Shown: positions 40,704 through 49,419 of the stretch, piece by piece | Position numbering within the stretch: the stretch's first letter is position 1 | Layout: the number at the start of each line of letters is the position of its first letter | Source: Candidatus Omnitrophota bacterium | GTDB lineage: Bacteria; Omnitrophota; Gorgyraeia; Gygaellales; Profunditerraquicolaceae | NCBI GenBank assembly: GCA_041662125.1 | Contig: JBAZTA010000004.1 | Coordinates: 64,343 to 128,342, forward strand | Reading direction: 5' to 3' | DNA length: 64,000 nucleotides | Program-made: the position numbers and the translations under genes | Notes under the pieces: model-generated | The model's database searches: none | Told to the model about the DNA's origin: nothing | The model's input: the letters and a program-made list of their open reading frames with translations, nothing else

Positions 40704-40780
40704 GGGCTCATAGCTCAGTTGGTTAGAGCGTTGCGTTGACATCGCAAAGGTCTGAGGTTCAAGTCCTCATGGGCCCACCA
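40704..40780 (+). tRNA. tRNA-Val (anticodon GAC).
   Basis: GGGCTCATAGCTCAGTTGGTTAGAGCGTTGCGTTGACATCGCAAAGGTCTGAGGTTCAAGTCCTCATGGGCCCACCA. Canonical cloverleaf with encoded CCA. Confidence 0.9.
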
Positions 40781-40851
40781 CTCGACGCGCCGCATGCGCG
40801 GCTTGCTCATGGTAAACCACGTCCGAGTCGATGAGCAGAAAGTAAAAAAGT

Positions 40852-41922
40852 ATGGATAAGATCGATTTAGGGCCGATGCAGAACCTTATTAATGATCCTC
40901 AGGTTTCTGAGATCATGATTAACGGCCCGAAGAAAGTTTTCGCGGAGAAAAAAGGCAAGAAGATCCTGACCGATGTCAGTTTTTCCGGTGAAGAAGAACT
41001 GCGCGCTTTGATCGACCGCATGTTTAGCGCTTCAAGCAAAAGAGTTGATGTCGACATCCCGTATGCCGATGTCTGTATGGATGACGGCACGCGTATTAAT
41101 GTCATCATCCCTCCCTTGTCGCGTTTTGGAATAAGTGTTACGTTTCGGAAATTTTCCCAGGAAATCAAAACCCTTGAGGATCTTATTAAGAATGGCACTT
41201 TAACGCAGAAGGCTGCCGATCTTTTGATCGCTTGTATCAAAGGGAAAGTGAATATGATCTTTTCCGGAGGCACCGGCGTTGGTAAGACAACCACGCTGCA
41301 GGTCTTATCCCGGTGTTGCCTGCCGGAAGAACGCGTGATCACCATTGAAGATGCGGCGGAATTGCGTTTGGAGCAGGAAAACGTTATTTCTCTGGAAACC
41401 AGGGCAGCGGATAAAAATGGCAAGGGAGAAATTACGATCCGGGATTTGATCCGTAATGCCCTGCGCATGTCCCCCGACCGGATTATTATCGGAGAGGTCC
41501 GGGGGGGAGAAGCTATTGATATGATCCAGGCAATGGCGACGGGCCATACCGGAACTATCGGTATAATTCATGGGAACTCTCCCCGGGATGTTCTTGCCCG
41601 CTTGGAGACGATGGTTCTTATGTCGGGGTTACAGTTGCCTCTGTCGGAGATCAGGAAAATGATCTGCTCAACGATCAATATCATCGTGCACCAGGAGCGT
41701 ATGAGGGATGGGGTCCGCAGGGTTACCTATATTACTGAAGTCAGAGGCATTGAACGCGAAGAGATTGTTTTCAATGATTTATTTACGTTCCAAACAGATT
41801 CTATCGGAGAAAACGGGGTTATTGTGGGGGCATTAAAACCTACGATGCGGTATTATCCCTTGTTTTTCCAGCGATTCCAGAAGCAGGGGCTGCTCTCCAG
41901 CGACGTATTGACGAAAGGGTAA
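40852..41922 (+). CDS. CpaF/TadA-like type II/IV secretion-system ATPase, an orphan in this locus.
   Basis: Walker A GGTGVGKTT, Walker B/Asp box, and His box. 356 aa. No other pilus or secretion genes are adjacent. Confidence 0.8.
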   Translation: MDKIDLGPMQNLINDPQVSEIMINGPKKVFAEKKGKKILTDVSFSGEEELRALIDRMFSASSKRVDVDIPYADVCMDDGTRINVIIPPLSRFGISVTFRKFSQEIKTLEDLIKNGTLTQKAADLLIACIKGKVNMIFSGGTGVGKTTTLQVLSRCCLPEERVITIEDAAELRLEQENVISLETRAADKNGKGEITIRDLIRNALRMSPDRIIIGEVRGGEAIDMIQAMATGHTGTIGIIHGNSPRDVLARLETMVLMSGLQLPLSEIRKMICSTINIIVHQERMRDGVRRVTYITEVRGIEREEIVFNDLFTFQTDSIGENGVIVGALKPTMRYYPLFFQRFQKQGLLSSDVLTKG

Positions 41923-41924
41923 TA

Positions 41925-43667
41925 ATGGATTTAGAGGTATTACGGCATTCTTGTTCTCATATTATGGCTGCGGCCGTGCAGGCGTTGTGGCCGCAGGTAA
42001 AATTGGGTATCGGCCCTTCTATTGAAGACGGGTTTTATTATGACTTTGAGAAAAAGGAGCCGTTTACAGACGAAGATTTAGTCCAGATCGAGCAAAAGAT
42101 GCGCCAGATCATTGAAAAGAACGAGCCTTTCATCAGGCAGGAACTTTCAAAAGCAGAGGCGCAGGAATTATTCCAGCGGTTAGGCCAGCAGTATAAAGTC
42201 GAATTGATCCGCGATATCGCCGATACTACGGTTTCGGTCTATAAGACGGGCGATGATTTTGTCGATCTCTGCCGCGGGCCGCACGTAGAATCTACCGGAA
42301 AAATAAAGGTGTTCAAACTATTATCGGTCGCAGGAGCGTATTGGCATGGCATTGAGACCAATCCTATGCTGCAAAGGATCTATGGCACTTGTTTTCAGAC
42401 GCAAGAAGAGTTGGGTGCCTACCTGAAGGTCATCCAGGACAGTAAACTCTATGACCATAGAAAGCTCGGGCCGTCACTGGAATTCTTTGATATTTATCAG
42501 GAAGAAGCAGGGGCAGGCCTGGTTTTTTATCATCCTAAAGGCGCGCTTTTGCGCAAGATCATCGAGGATTATGAGAAAAATGAGCATTTAAAAAGAGGGT
42601 ACCAGCTGGTCATAACCCCGCATATCATGCAGGCAGAATTGTGGCACCAGTCGGGGCATTACGAATATTACCGGGAGAACATGTATACCCTCAAAGTCGA
42701 TGACAAGGAATTTGTCCTCAAGCCGATGAATTGCCCGGGACATATCCTGATCTATAAATCGAAAAGCCGCAGTTACCGGGAACTTCCGATACGATTTTTC
42801 GAGTTGGGGACGGTCTACCGGTATGAAAAGGCGGGGGTATTGCATGGGCTCTTGCGTGTCCGCGGCTTTACCCAGGATGATGCCCATATTTTTTGCCTGC
42901 CAGCACAGTTAAAAACGGAGATAAAAGCGATCGTTGAATTTGTTTTTTCTACCATGAAAACGTTTGGCTTTGATTCAATGGGGATCGAATTAAGCACCCG
43001 TCCGGAAAAATCTATCGGCAGCGACCAGGATTGGGCGGACGCAACCGCGGGTCTTGAGGAATCACTTAAAGATCTGGGCCTCTCCTATGAAGTCAATGAA
43101 GGCGAGGGGGCGTTTTACGGCCCGAAGATCGATATTAAATTAAAGGACGCGCTTAAGCGCTCCTGGCAGTGCGCAACCATCCAGTGCGACTTTGCGTTGC
43201 CGAAGCGTTTTAACCTGAAATATGCCGATGCTGACGGAAGCATGAAGCAGCCGATCATGCTGCACCGGGTTTTATTAGGCAGCCTTGAGCGGTTCATCGC
43301 CTGCTTGATCGAACATTACGCGGGGACATTGCCGTTATGGTTATCGCCGACGCAAGTGGCGATTATTCCGATCAAAGAAAGCGTTTATGAATATGGCTGT
43401 ACGGTTAAAGCGGCTTTAGAAAACCAGTTGATCCGCGTGGAAGTGGATAACAGGAACGAAACACTGGACAAACGGATACGCGAGGCGGAGCTTGCGAAAA
43501 TTCCTTACATCCTTGTTTTGGGGGAACGGGAAGCTAAGCAGAACACCGTATCGCTGCGGAAAAAAGGCCTGGGAAACCAAGGCGTCATTTCCCTCGAAGA
43601 TTTGATTAAAAAATTAAAAGAAGAAATAGATAACAAAATTGTCACAGACCAAGTGCGGAAAGAATAA
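41925..43667 (+). CDS. thrS: Threonine--tRNA ligase lacking the N-terminal TGS domain.
   Basis: It starts at the editing (second N-terminal) domain: RHSCSHIMAAAVQALWP aligns to E. coli ThrRS residue ~64. Class II motifs are present. 580 aa. Confidence 0.93.
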   Translation: MDLEVLRHSCSHIMAAAVQALWPQVKLGIGPSIEDGFYYDFEKKEPFTDEDLVQIEQKMRQIIEKNEPFIRQELSKAEAQELFQRLGQQYKVELIRDIADTTVSVYKTGDDFVDLCRGPHVESTGKIKVFKLLSVAGAYWHGIETNPMLQRIYGTCFQTQEELGAYLKVIQDSKLYDHRKLGPSLEFFDIYQEEAGAGLVFYHPKGALLRKIIEDYEKNEHLKRGYQLVITPHIMQAELWHQSGHYEYYRENMYTLKVDDKEFVLKPMNCPGHILIYKSKSRSYRELPIRFFELGTVYRYEKAGVLHGLLRVRGFTQDDAHIFCLPAQLKTEIKAIVEFVFSTMKTFGFDSMGIELSTRPEKSIGSDQDWADATAGLEESLKDLGLSYEVNEGEGAFYGPKIDIKLKDALKRSWQCATIQCDFALPKRFNLKYADADGSMKQPIMLHRVLLGSLERFIACLIEHYAGTLPLWLSPTQVAIIPIKESVYEYGCTVKAALENQLIRVEVDNRNETLDKRIREAELAKIPYILVLGEREAKQNTVSLRKKGLGNQGVISLEDLIKKLKEEIDNKIVTDQVRKE

Positions 43668-43707
43668 GCCGCTTATTATTCCGTGATTTTGGCGCGACAG
43701 GGAGGAG

Positions 43708-44271
43708 ATTGCAATTAAAAAATTTATACGAATAAACGAAAGGATCCGCGTACCGCAAGTGAGGCTGGTTGGGGCAGAAGGAAGTCAGTTGGGTGTGGTT
43801 TCTATTGAGAAAGCTCAGGAGTTGGCAACTCAGGCGGCGTTAGACCTGGTTGAAGTAGCCCCGCAGGCAAATCCTCCGGTCTGCCGTATCATGGATTTCA
43901 GCAAGTTTAAATATGACCAGGAGAAAAAAGAGCGCGAAGCAAAGAAGCACCAGCGCCAGAGCCGGCTTAAAGAGATCCGCCTGCATCCTAATATCGATGA
44001 GCATGACCTGCAGGTAAAAGTAAGGCAGGCGATCGGGTTCTTGAATAAAAAAGACAGAGTGAAGATCGATCTTTTCTTCAAAGGCAGGCAGATGGAGCAT
44101 ATGGACCTGGGGAGAAAAGTTTTAGATAAATTTATCAGTGATACGCAGAATGACGCGCTGGTGGAAAAAGAGCCTTCCTTGGAAGGGCGGATTATTTCAT
44201 TAGTGCTTGCTCCTAAAAAGGGCGATCTCAAGAGTGTCGCGAGTCCCGCGAAAAAAGAGGAAAAAAGTTAA
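43708..44271 (+). CDS. infC: Translation initiation factor IF-3 with an AUU start codon.
   Basis: RBS gggaggag, then ATT at 43708. Translation IAIKKFIRINERIRVPQVRLVGAEGSQLGVVS... matches the IF3 N-terminus. The listed ORF begins only at an internal GTG. Confidence 0.88.
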   Translation: MAIKKFIRINERIRVPQVRLVGAEGSQLGVVSIEKAQELATQAALDLVEVAPQANPPVCRIMDFSKFKYDQEKKEREAKKHQRQSRLKEIRLHPNIDEHDLQVKVRQAIGFLNKKDRVKIDLFFKGRQMEHMDLGRKVLDKFISDTQNDALVEKEPSLEGRIISLVLAPKKGDLKSVASPAKKEEKS

Positions 44272-44293
44272 ACTATCGAGGCTGGAGTGTAAA

Positions 44294-44494
44294 ATGAAAA
44301 AGTTAAAGACCAAAAAGGGAGTTGCAAAAAGGTTTAAATTCACCAAAAAAGGAAAAATCAAATATAAGGCCTGCGGAAAGGGCCATCTTTTGACCAACAA
44401 AAAATCTTCACGGATACGGAGGCTGCGCAAAGCAGGTGTCTTAGAGGCATGCAAGGAAGTGAAGTATCTAAAACGCATGCTGCCCTACGGTTAA
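44294..44494 (+). CDS. rpmI: 50S ribosomal protein L35.
   Basis: MKKLKTKKGVAKRFKFTKKGKIKYKACGKGHLLTNKKSSRIRRLRK... is typical L35. The real start is the ATG at 44294, inside the longer listed ORF. Confidence 0.85.
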   Translation: MKKLKTKKGVAKRFKFTKKGKIKYKACGKGHLLTNKKSSRIRRLRKAGVLEACKEVKYLKRMLPYG

Positions 44495-44544
44495 TCATGC
44501 GCGTATAACGGGAAAATAATAAAAGAAGTTTTAAGGAGGATTCG

Positions 44545-44901
44545 ATGGCAAAGATTAAACATAGCGTTGCAACACGCAAGCGTAAGAAGAAATTACTGAA
44601 ACAAACAAAAGGTTATTTTGGCGACCGCAGCAAGCAGTTCCAGCAGGCGCGGCGCGCGCTTGCCCAGGCGTTAGAATACAGTTATCGTGACCGGCGCACC
44701 AAAAAACGTGATTTTCGCAGGCTTTGGATCGCCCGTATTAATGCCGCTTGCCGTCAAGAGGGTATGCCCTATAGCGTATTTATGAAGGGCATGAAGAGCG
44801 CCGGAGTGGGATTAGACCGGAAGATCCTTGCCGAGCTTGCGGTAAAGGAAACCGTGGTATTTAAAAAACTCTTAGAAATTGCGAAAAAACCCAAAGCATA
44901 A
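44545..44901 (+). CDS. rplT: 50S ribosomal protein L20.
   Basis: MAKIKHSVATRKRKKKLLKQTKGYFGDRSK... 118 aa. Confidence 0.93.
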   Translation: MAKIKHSVATRKRKKKLLKQTKGYFGDRSKQFQQARRALAQALEYSYRDRRTKKRDFRRLWIARINAACRQEGMPYSVFMKGMKSAGVGLDRKILAELAVKETVVFKKLLEIAKKPKA

Positions 44902-44936
44902 CTGATTTTTGTAGATAAAAACATTCCGTAAAAAAT

Positions 44937-45581
44937 ATGTTTATTATTATTGTGGGATGCGGCAGGGTAGGGGCAGAACTCGCTAAATTGTTATCGAGCG
45001 AAGGCCATAATATAGCGATCATTGACAAGAATCGGGCGTCATTCGACCGTTTAGGCAATGCGTTTAATGGCTTGGTCTTGATCGGCAACGGTTTTGACCT
45101 TGATCTGCTGAAACAGGCGGGCATAGAAAAAGCAGACGCATTTTGCGCGGTCACCAACGGCGATAATACGAATTTAGTCGCCGCCCAGGTCGCGCAAAAA
45201 ATATTTAAAGTCCCGAAAGTGCTGGCTCGCGTGTATGACCCGCAGCGCGCCCATATTTATAGCGCCTTAGGGTTGAATATCATAAGCGGGACTATCCTAT
45301 TTGCTGCGATGCTGCGCGATAAGATCGTTGAGAGCCGTTTTTCGAGTTACTTGATTGAAAGCAATGAAATAGGGGTTATCGAGATCGAGGTTAAAAACGG
45401 GCTGGTGAATAAAAAAATACAGGATATCAATATCCCTCAAGAGTTTCTGGTTGTGGCGATCCGCCGGTTGGATGGGGTTGTCATCCCGGAACCAAAGACG
45501 GTACTCAAGGATAAAGATATTTTAATGGCGGTAGTCAAAGTTACCAGTTTAGCTAAAATCAAGGAAGCATTTAAATTGTAA
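44937..45581 (+). CDS. trkA: Trk/Ktr K+ transport NAD-binding regulatory subunit (TrkA-N plus TrkA-C).
   Basis: MFIIIVGCGRVGAELAKLL Rossmann motif. 214 aa. Confidence 0.85.
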   Translation: MFIIIVGCGRVGAELAKLLSSEGHNIAIIDKNRASFDRLGNAFNGLVLIGNGFDLDLLKQAGIEKADAFCAVTNGDNTNLVAAQVAQKIFKVPKVLARVYDPQRAHIYSALGLNIISGTILFAAMLRDKIVESRFSSYLIESNEIGVIEIEVKNGLVNKKIQDINIPQEFLVVAIRRLDGVVIPEPKTVLKDKDILMAVVKVTSLAKIKEAFKL

Positions 45582-45587
45582 GGTAAG

Positions 45588-46256
45588 GTGTCTATGTATA
45601 TTATTATCGTAGGCGCGGGGAAAGTCGGGTATTTCTTAGCTAAGAGGCTGTGTTTAAGTAAACACACCATTAGCATTATCGATAAAGATAAGCAGATCTG
45701 CGAAGATATCGCCAGAGAATTAGAAGCGCTTGTTATTAACGGAGATGGTTGTGATCCGGTAGTCTTGGAAGAAGCAGGCGGGGCGCGCGCCGATGTGCTT
45801 GCTTCAGTCACCGGAGAAGATGAAGATAACCTGATCATTTGCCAGCTTGCCAAACAAAAATTCAAGATCCATCGTACGATCGCCCGCGTGAACAATCCCG
45901 ATAATGAGCATATTTTTTCCGAACTGGGGATCGATATCCCCGTTGATTCGACCAAGATCATCGCTAAGATCGTCGAGGAAGAAGTTTCTTTTTCCGACTT
46001 TGTGAACTTGATGAGCTTTAAGCGGGGGAAGCTTGCGATCGTGCGCGTCGACCTCCCCGAAGATTCTCCGGTCATCAATAAAGAGATAAAAAACGTCCAT
46101 CTTCCGCAGAATTCAGTCCTGGTCTCGGTTGTGCGGGGGGAAGAGGTCATTGTCCCCAAAGGAGATACCATCCTTAAGCCGGGAGACGATGTCATTGCCA
46201 TTACTTCTATCGGTAACGAACCGCAACTTTTAAATTTACTGGTCGGGAGATTGTGA
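45588..46256 (+). CDS. trkA: Second Trk/Ktr NAD-binding regulatory subunit.
   Basis: MYIIIVGAGKVGYFLAKRL Rossmann motif. 222 aa. Confidence 0.85.
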   Translation: MSMYIIIVGAGKVGYFLAKRLCLSKHTISIIDKDKQICEDIARELEALVINGDGCDPVVLEEAGGARADVLASVTGEDEDNLIICQLAKQKFKIHRTIARVNNPDNEHIFSELGIDIPVDSTKIIAKIVEEEVSFSDFVNLMSFKRGKLAIVRVDLPEDSPVINKEIKNVHLPQNSVLVSVVRGEEVIVPKGDTILKPGDDVIAITSIGNEPQLLNLLVGRL

Positions 46257-46257
46257 G

Positions 46258-46377
46258 ATGAAGATAACGCCTCTCATGAACATAATTGCCGGTATCGCCG
46301 TTGAGGTCGTATACGCGGCAACTATCATCCTTTCAGCGTTGATAACCTGCCTTATTGTAACGTCGATAAAAATATGA
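46258..46377 (+). CDS. Unannotated 39-aa single-TM hydrophobic peptide between trkA and trkH.
   Basis: ATG at 46258, 1 nt after the trkA stop. Translation MKITPLMNIIAGIAVEVVYAATIILSALITCLIVTSIKI. Its TGA overlaps the trkH ATG (ATGA). Confidence 0.35.
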   Translation: MKITPLMNIIAGIAVEVVYAATIILSALITCLIVTSIKI

Positions 46378-47876
46378 TCCTGCGGCCGAATGTAGATGAT
46401 GTCAAAATAATCGGGTATTATTTAGGCAGAGTTATCCTCGGCCTGGGGCTGACGATGATCATCCCGGTCATTCTCGGCCTTTGCCTGGGAGAGGCTAATC
46501 CGGTGCTCGATTTTATTATCAGCCTTGAGATCACCCTCATCTTCGGTTTATTGCTGACCAAGATCTGCGCGACCGACAAAGATATGGGCTGGATGCACGG
46601 GATGATTGTGGTCTCCCTTTCCTGGCTGGCGGCAACGCTGGCAGGGGCTTTACCGCTGGTCTTAAGCGGCCATTGGAATTCATACCTTGATGCCTGTTTT
46701 GACGCCATGTCGGGTTTCGCGACAACCGGTTTGACCTTAGTACAAAATCTTGACCATCTTTCGTATACGCATAATCTCTGGCGGCATTTGATCATGTTCA
46801 TCGGCGGCCAGGGTATTGTTATTGTCGCGCTTTCATTCCTGGTCAAAGGAGGAAGCGGCGCTTTAAAGATGTATTTCGGGGAGGGCCGCGACGAAAAGAT
46901 CATGCCGAACGTTATTAATACCAGCCGTTTTATCTGGCTGGTAAGCATTGTTTTCCTGGTTTTAGGCACGCTCGCTTTGGGGGTTGTCAGTTTATTAAAC
47001 GGCATGAAGCCGTTCAATAGTTTTTTTCACGGCGCCTGTATCTTTATGGCGGCGTTTGACACCGGAGGATTTGCGCCGCAATCGCAAAATATACTGTATT
47101 ATCACAGCTTGCCGTACGAGATCATTACCGTCATTATTATGATACTCGGGGCGATAAATTTTAAGCTCCATTATCATGTCTGGATGGGCAACCGTAAAGA
47201 GATCATAAGAAATATAGAGACCATTACTTTATTTGTTACGGTCTTTATTACTTTTTTCGTGGTTGCCCTGGGTTTGGCGCAAACCGGCGTTTATCCGCAG
47301 GCGCTCATGTTGTTCCGTAAAGGTTTTTATCAGCTGATCTCCGGCCATACCGGCACGGGGTATCAGACGCTTTATCCGTCGCAATTCATCAACGATTGGA
47401 ACCACCTGGCGCTGGTGGCGCTTATTTGCGCCATGGGGCTGGGTGGGGCGGTTTGTTCGACCACCGGTGCCATCAAGATGCTGCGTGTCGGCATTATTTT
47501 TAAGGCGCTCATCCAGGATATTAAACGGATCATGATGCCGGAGAAAGCCGTTGTCTTGCAGAAAATGCACCATATTAAAGAGGTCTTTCTGGCCGATAAA
47601 CAGGTGCGCGTGGTTTTCCTGATCACTCTGTCGTATCTGTTGCTTTATGGCGCCGGGGCAATGGTAGGGATGTGGTATGGCTTCCCTTTTTTAAATTCGC
47701 TGTTTGAATCTACCTCCGCGGCGGCAAACGTCGGTTTATCGTGCGGCGTGACGAGCGTTTCTATGCCTGCGGGGCTAAAGTTGACCTATATCGCGCAGAT
47801 GTGGGCAGGCAGGCTTGAGTTCATGTCGATATTTACGCTGCTCGGCTTTTTTGTCGCCGCGGTGAAAGGGAAGTAA
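46374..47876 (+). CDS. trkH: TrkH/KtrB family K+ transporter membrane subunit.
   Basis: 500 aa, multi-pass, with selectivity-filter-like segments (MSGFATTGLT, AAFDTGGFA, TSAAANVGLS). Confidence 0.85.
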   Translation: MILRPNVDDVKIIGYYLGRVILGLGLTMIIPVILGLCLGEANPVLDFIISLEITLIFGLLLTKICATDKDMGWMHGMIVVSLSWLAATLAGALPLVLSGHWNSYLDACFDAMSGFATTGLTLVQNLDHLSYTHNLWRHLIMFIGGQGIVIVALSFLVKGGSGALKMYFGEGRDEKIMPNVINTSRFIWLVSIVFLVLGTLALGVVSLLNGMKPFNSFFHGACIFMAAFDTGGFAPQSQNILYYHSLPYEIITVIIMILGAINFKLHYHVWMGNRKEIIRNIETITLFVTVFITFFVVALGLAQTGVYPQALMLFRKGFYQLISGHTGTGYQTLYPSQFINDWNHLALVALICAMGLGGAVCSTTGAIKMLRVGIIFKALIQDIKRIMMPEKAVVLQKMHHIKEVFLADKQVRVVFLITLSYLLLYGAGAMVGMWYGFPFLNSLFESTSAAANVGLSCGVTSVSMPAGLKLTYIAQMWAGRLEFMSIFTLLGFFVAAVKGK

Positions 47877-48418
47877 TGCGAAAATACCACACTTTTTGCT
47901 TTTTGCCGTCCTTCGCTAATTTGCATCTAAAGTTTCGGTGTAGCTTCGGAGGGCTTCGCTTTTTACTTTTAACTTTTGCCTTTTTATCTTTACGCTCAAC
48001 GGCTTTCGCCGCGCCTTTATCAAGCGACGAATTGATCTCCAATGCCAAAGGATATGACGGCAAGCCCGTTACCTTTGCGGGGGAAGTTATTGGTGATATA
48101 ATGGCCAGAGGCGCTCACGCCTGGGTCAATATCAATGACGGTAAGAACGCGATCGGCATCTGGATGCCGGGGGAGCTTGCGAAAAAGATACAGTTTACCG
48201 GTAGTTACAGGTTTATAGGAGATTGGGCCGAAATAACCGGCGTTTTCCATCGCGCCTGCCCGGAGCACGGGGGGGACATGGATATCCACGCGCAGGCTAT
48301 AGAAAAAATAAATGCCGGCCGCCGGAAAGAAGAGAAGTTCAATAATGAAAAAAAGAACCTGGCGCTACTTTTGTTCGGCATATTGGGGTTAGTATGGATA
48401 TTGAAGCTATTAAAATAA
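47876..48418 (+). CDS. Hypothetical exported or membrane-anchored protein.
   Basis: 180 aa. Signal-like N-terminal hydrophobic region (LLLTFAFLSLRSTAFA). C-terminal TM LALLLFGILGLVWIL. Its start overlaps the trkH stop (TAATG). Confidence 0.45.
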   Translation: MRKYHTFCFLPSFANLHLKFRCSFGGLRFLLLTFAFLSLRSTAFAAPLSSDELISNAKGYDGKPVTFAGEVIGDIMARGAHAWVNINDGKNAIGIWMPGELAKKIQFTGSYRFIGDWAEITGVFHRACPEHGGDMDIHAQAIEKINAGRRKEEKFNNEKKNLALLLFGILGLVWILKLLK

Positions 48419-49404
48419 ATATAGACGCGGAAATCCAGGGCCTTGCTTCTCTTGAGGCCTTAGAAGAATTGCGGGTAAAATATCTGGGGAGGAAGGGTGT
48501 GCTTGCCGAGCTTACGGGGTCTATCCCCGCGCTTCCTGTTGAGCAGCGCGCCGGTTTCGGACAGAGCGTCAACGCTCTCAAGAATAAGATCGCCCTTTTA
48601 ATTGAAGAAAAAAAGAAATTGTTAGCGGTGCCCGCGGCCGGGGGGCCGGCAGAGCGTGTTGATATCGGGATGCCGGGGATCGTTCATGAGCCGGGCCGTC
48701 TTCATCCGCTGACGCAGATAACGCGGGAAATTTGCGCGATTTTCACCCGGATGGGGTTTTCCATAATTGAAGGCCCTGAAGTAGAAACAGAGTTCAATAA
48801 TTTTACCGGGCTTAATATTCCCCTGGAGCATCCTTCACGCGAAGCCTTCGACACCTTTTACCTCAAGGCCGATAACCTTTTACTGCGCAGCCACACTTCT
48901 CCTGTCCAGATCCGGGTGATGAAGGAAAAAAAGCCGCCGCTGGCTGTCGTTGTGCCCGGGAGGGTTTACCGTCCGGATGCGGTAGATGCGTCGCACTCCT
49001 TCATGTTCCATCAGATCGAAGGGTTTATCGTGGACAAGAATATTAAGTTTTCAGACCTCAAAGGGATATTGGAGTTTTTCGCGAAACAAGTTTTCGGGCA
49101 GGATATCCTGATGCGTTTTCGGCCGCACTTTTTCCCTTTTACCGAGCCCTCGGCGGAAATGGATATTTCCTGTATTATGTGTAAGGGTAAAGGCTGTTCG
49201 GTCTGCGGCAGGAAGGGTTGGCTGGAAGTCCTGGGTTCGGGGATGATTCATCCCAATGTTTTTAAACATGTCGGGTATGACCCTAAAAAATATTCCGGGT
49301 TTGCTTTCGGGATGGGCGTTGAGCGGATCGCTATGCTCAAATACGGGATCAATGATATCCGCTTGTTTTATGAAAATGATTTACGCTTCCTCAAACAATT
49401 TTAG
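48394..49404 (+). CDS. pheS: Phenylalanine--tRNA ligase alpha subunit.
   Basis: Class II motifs (FRPHFFPFTEPSAE; GSGMIHPNV). 336 aa. Confidence 0.93.
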   Translation: MDIEAIKINIDAEIQGLASLEALEELRVKYLGRKGVLAELTGSIPALPVEQRAGFGQSVNALKNKIALLIEEKKKLLAVPAAGGPAERVDIGMPGIVHEPGRLHPLTQITREICAIFTRMGFSIIEGPEVETEFNNFTGLNIPLEHPSREAFDTFYLKADNLLLRSHTSPVQIRVMKEKKPPLAVVVPGRVYRPDAVDASHSFMFHQIEGFIVDKNIKFSDLKGILEFFAKQVFGQDILMRFRPHFFPFTEPSAEMDISCIMCKGKGCSVCGRKGWLEVLGSGMIHPNVFKHVGYDPKKYSGFAFGMGVERIAMLKYGINDIRLFYENDLRFLKQF

Positions 49405-49419
49405 ATATTCGGCAAAAAT

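Noticed and set aside
46418-47017. 199-aa minus-strand ORF antisense to trkH.
   Set aside because: Antisense shadow of a multi-pass membrane protein gene, with no motifs.
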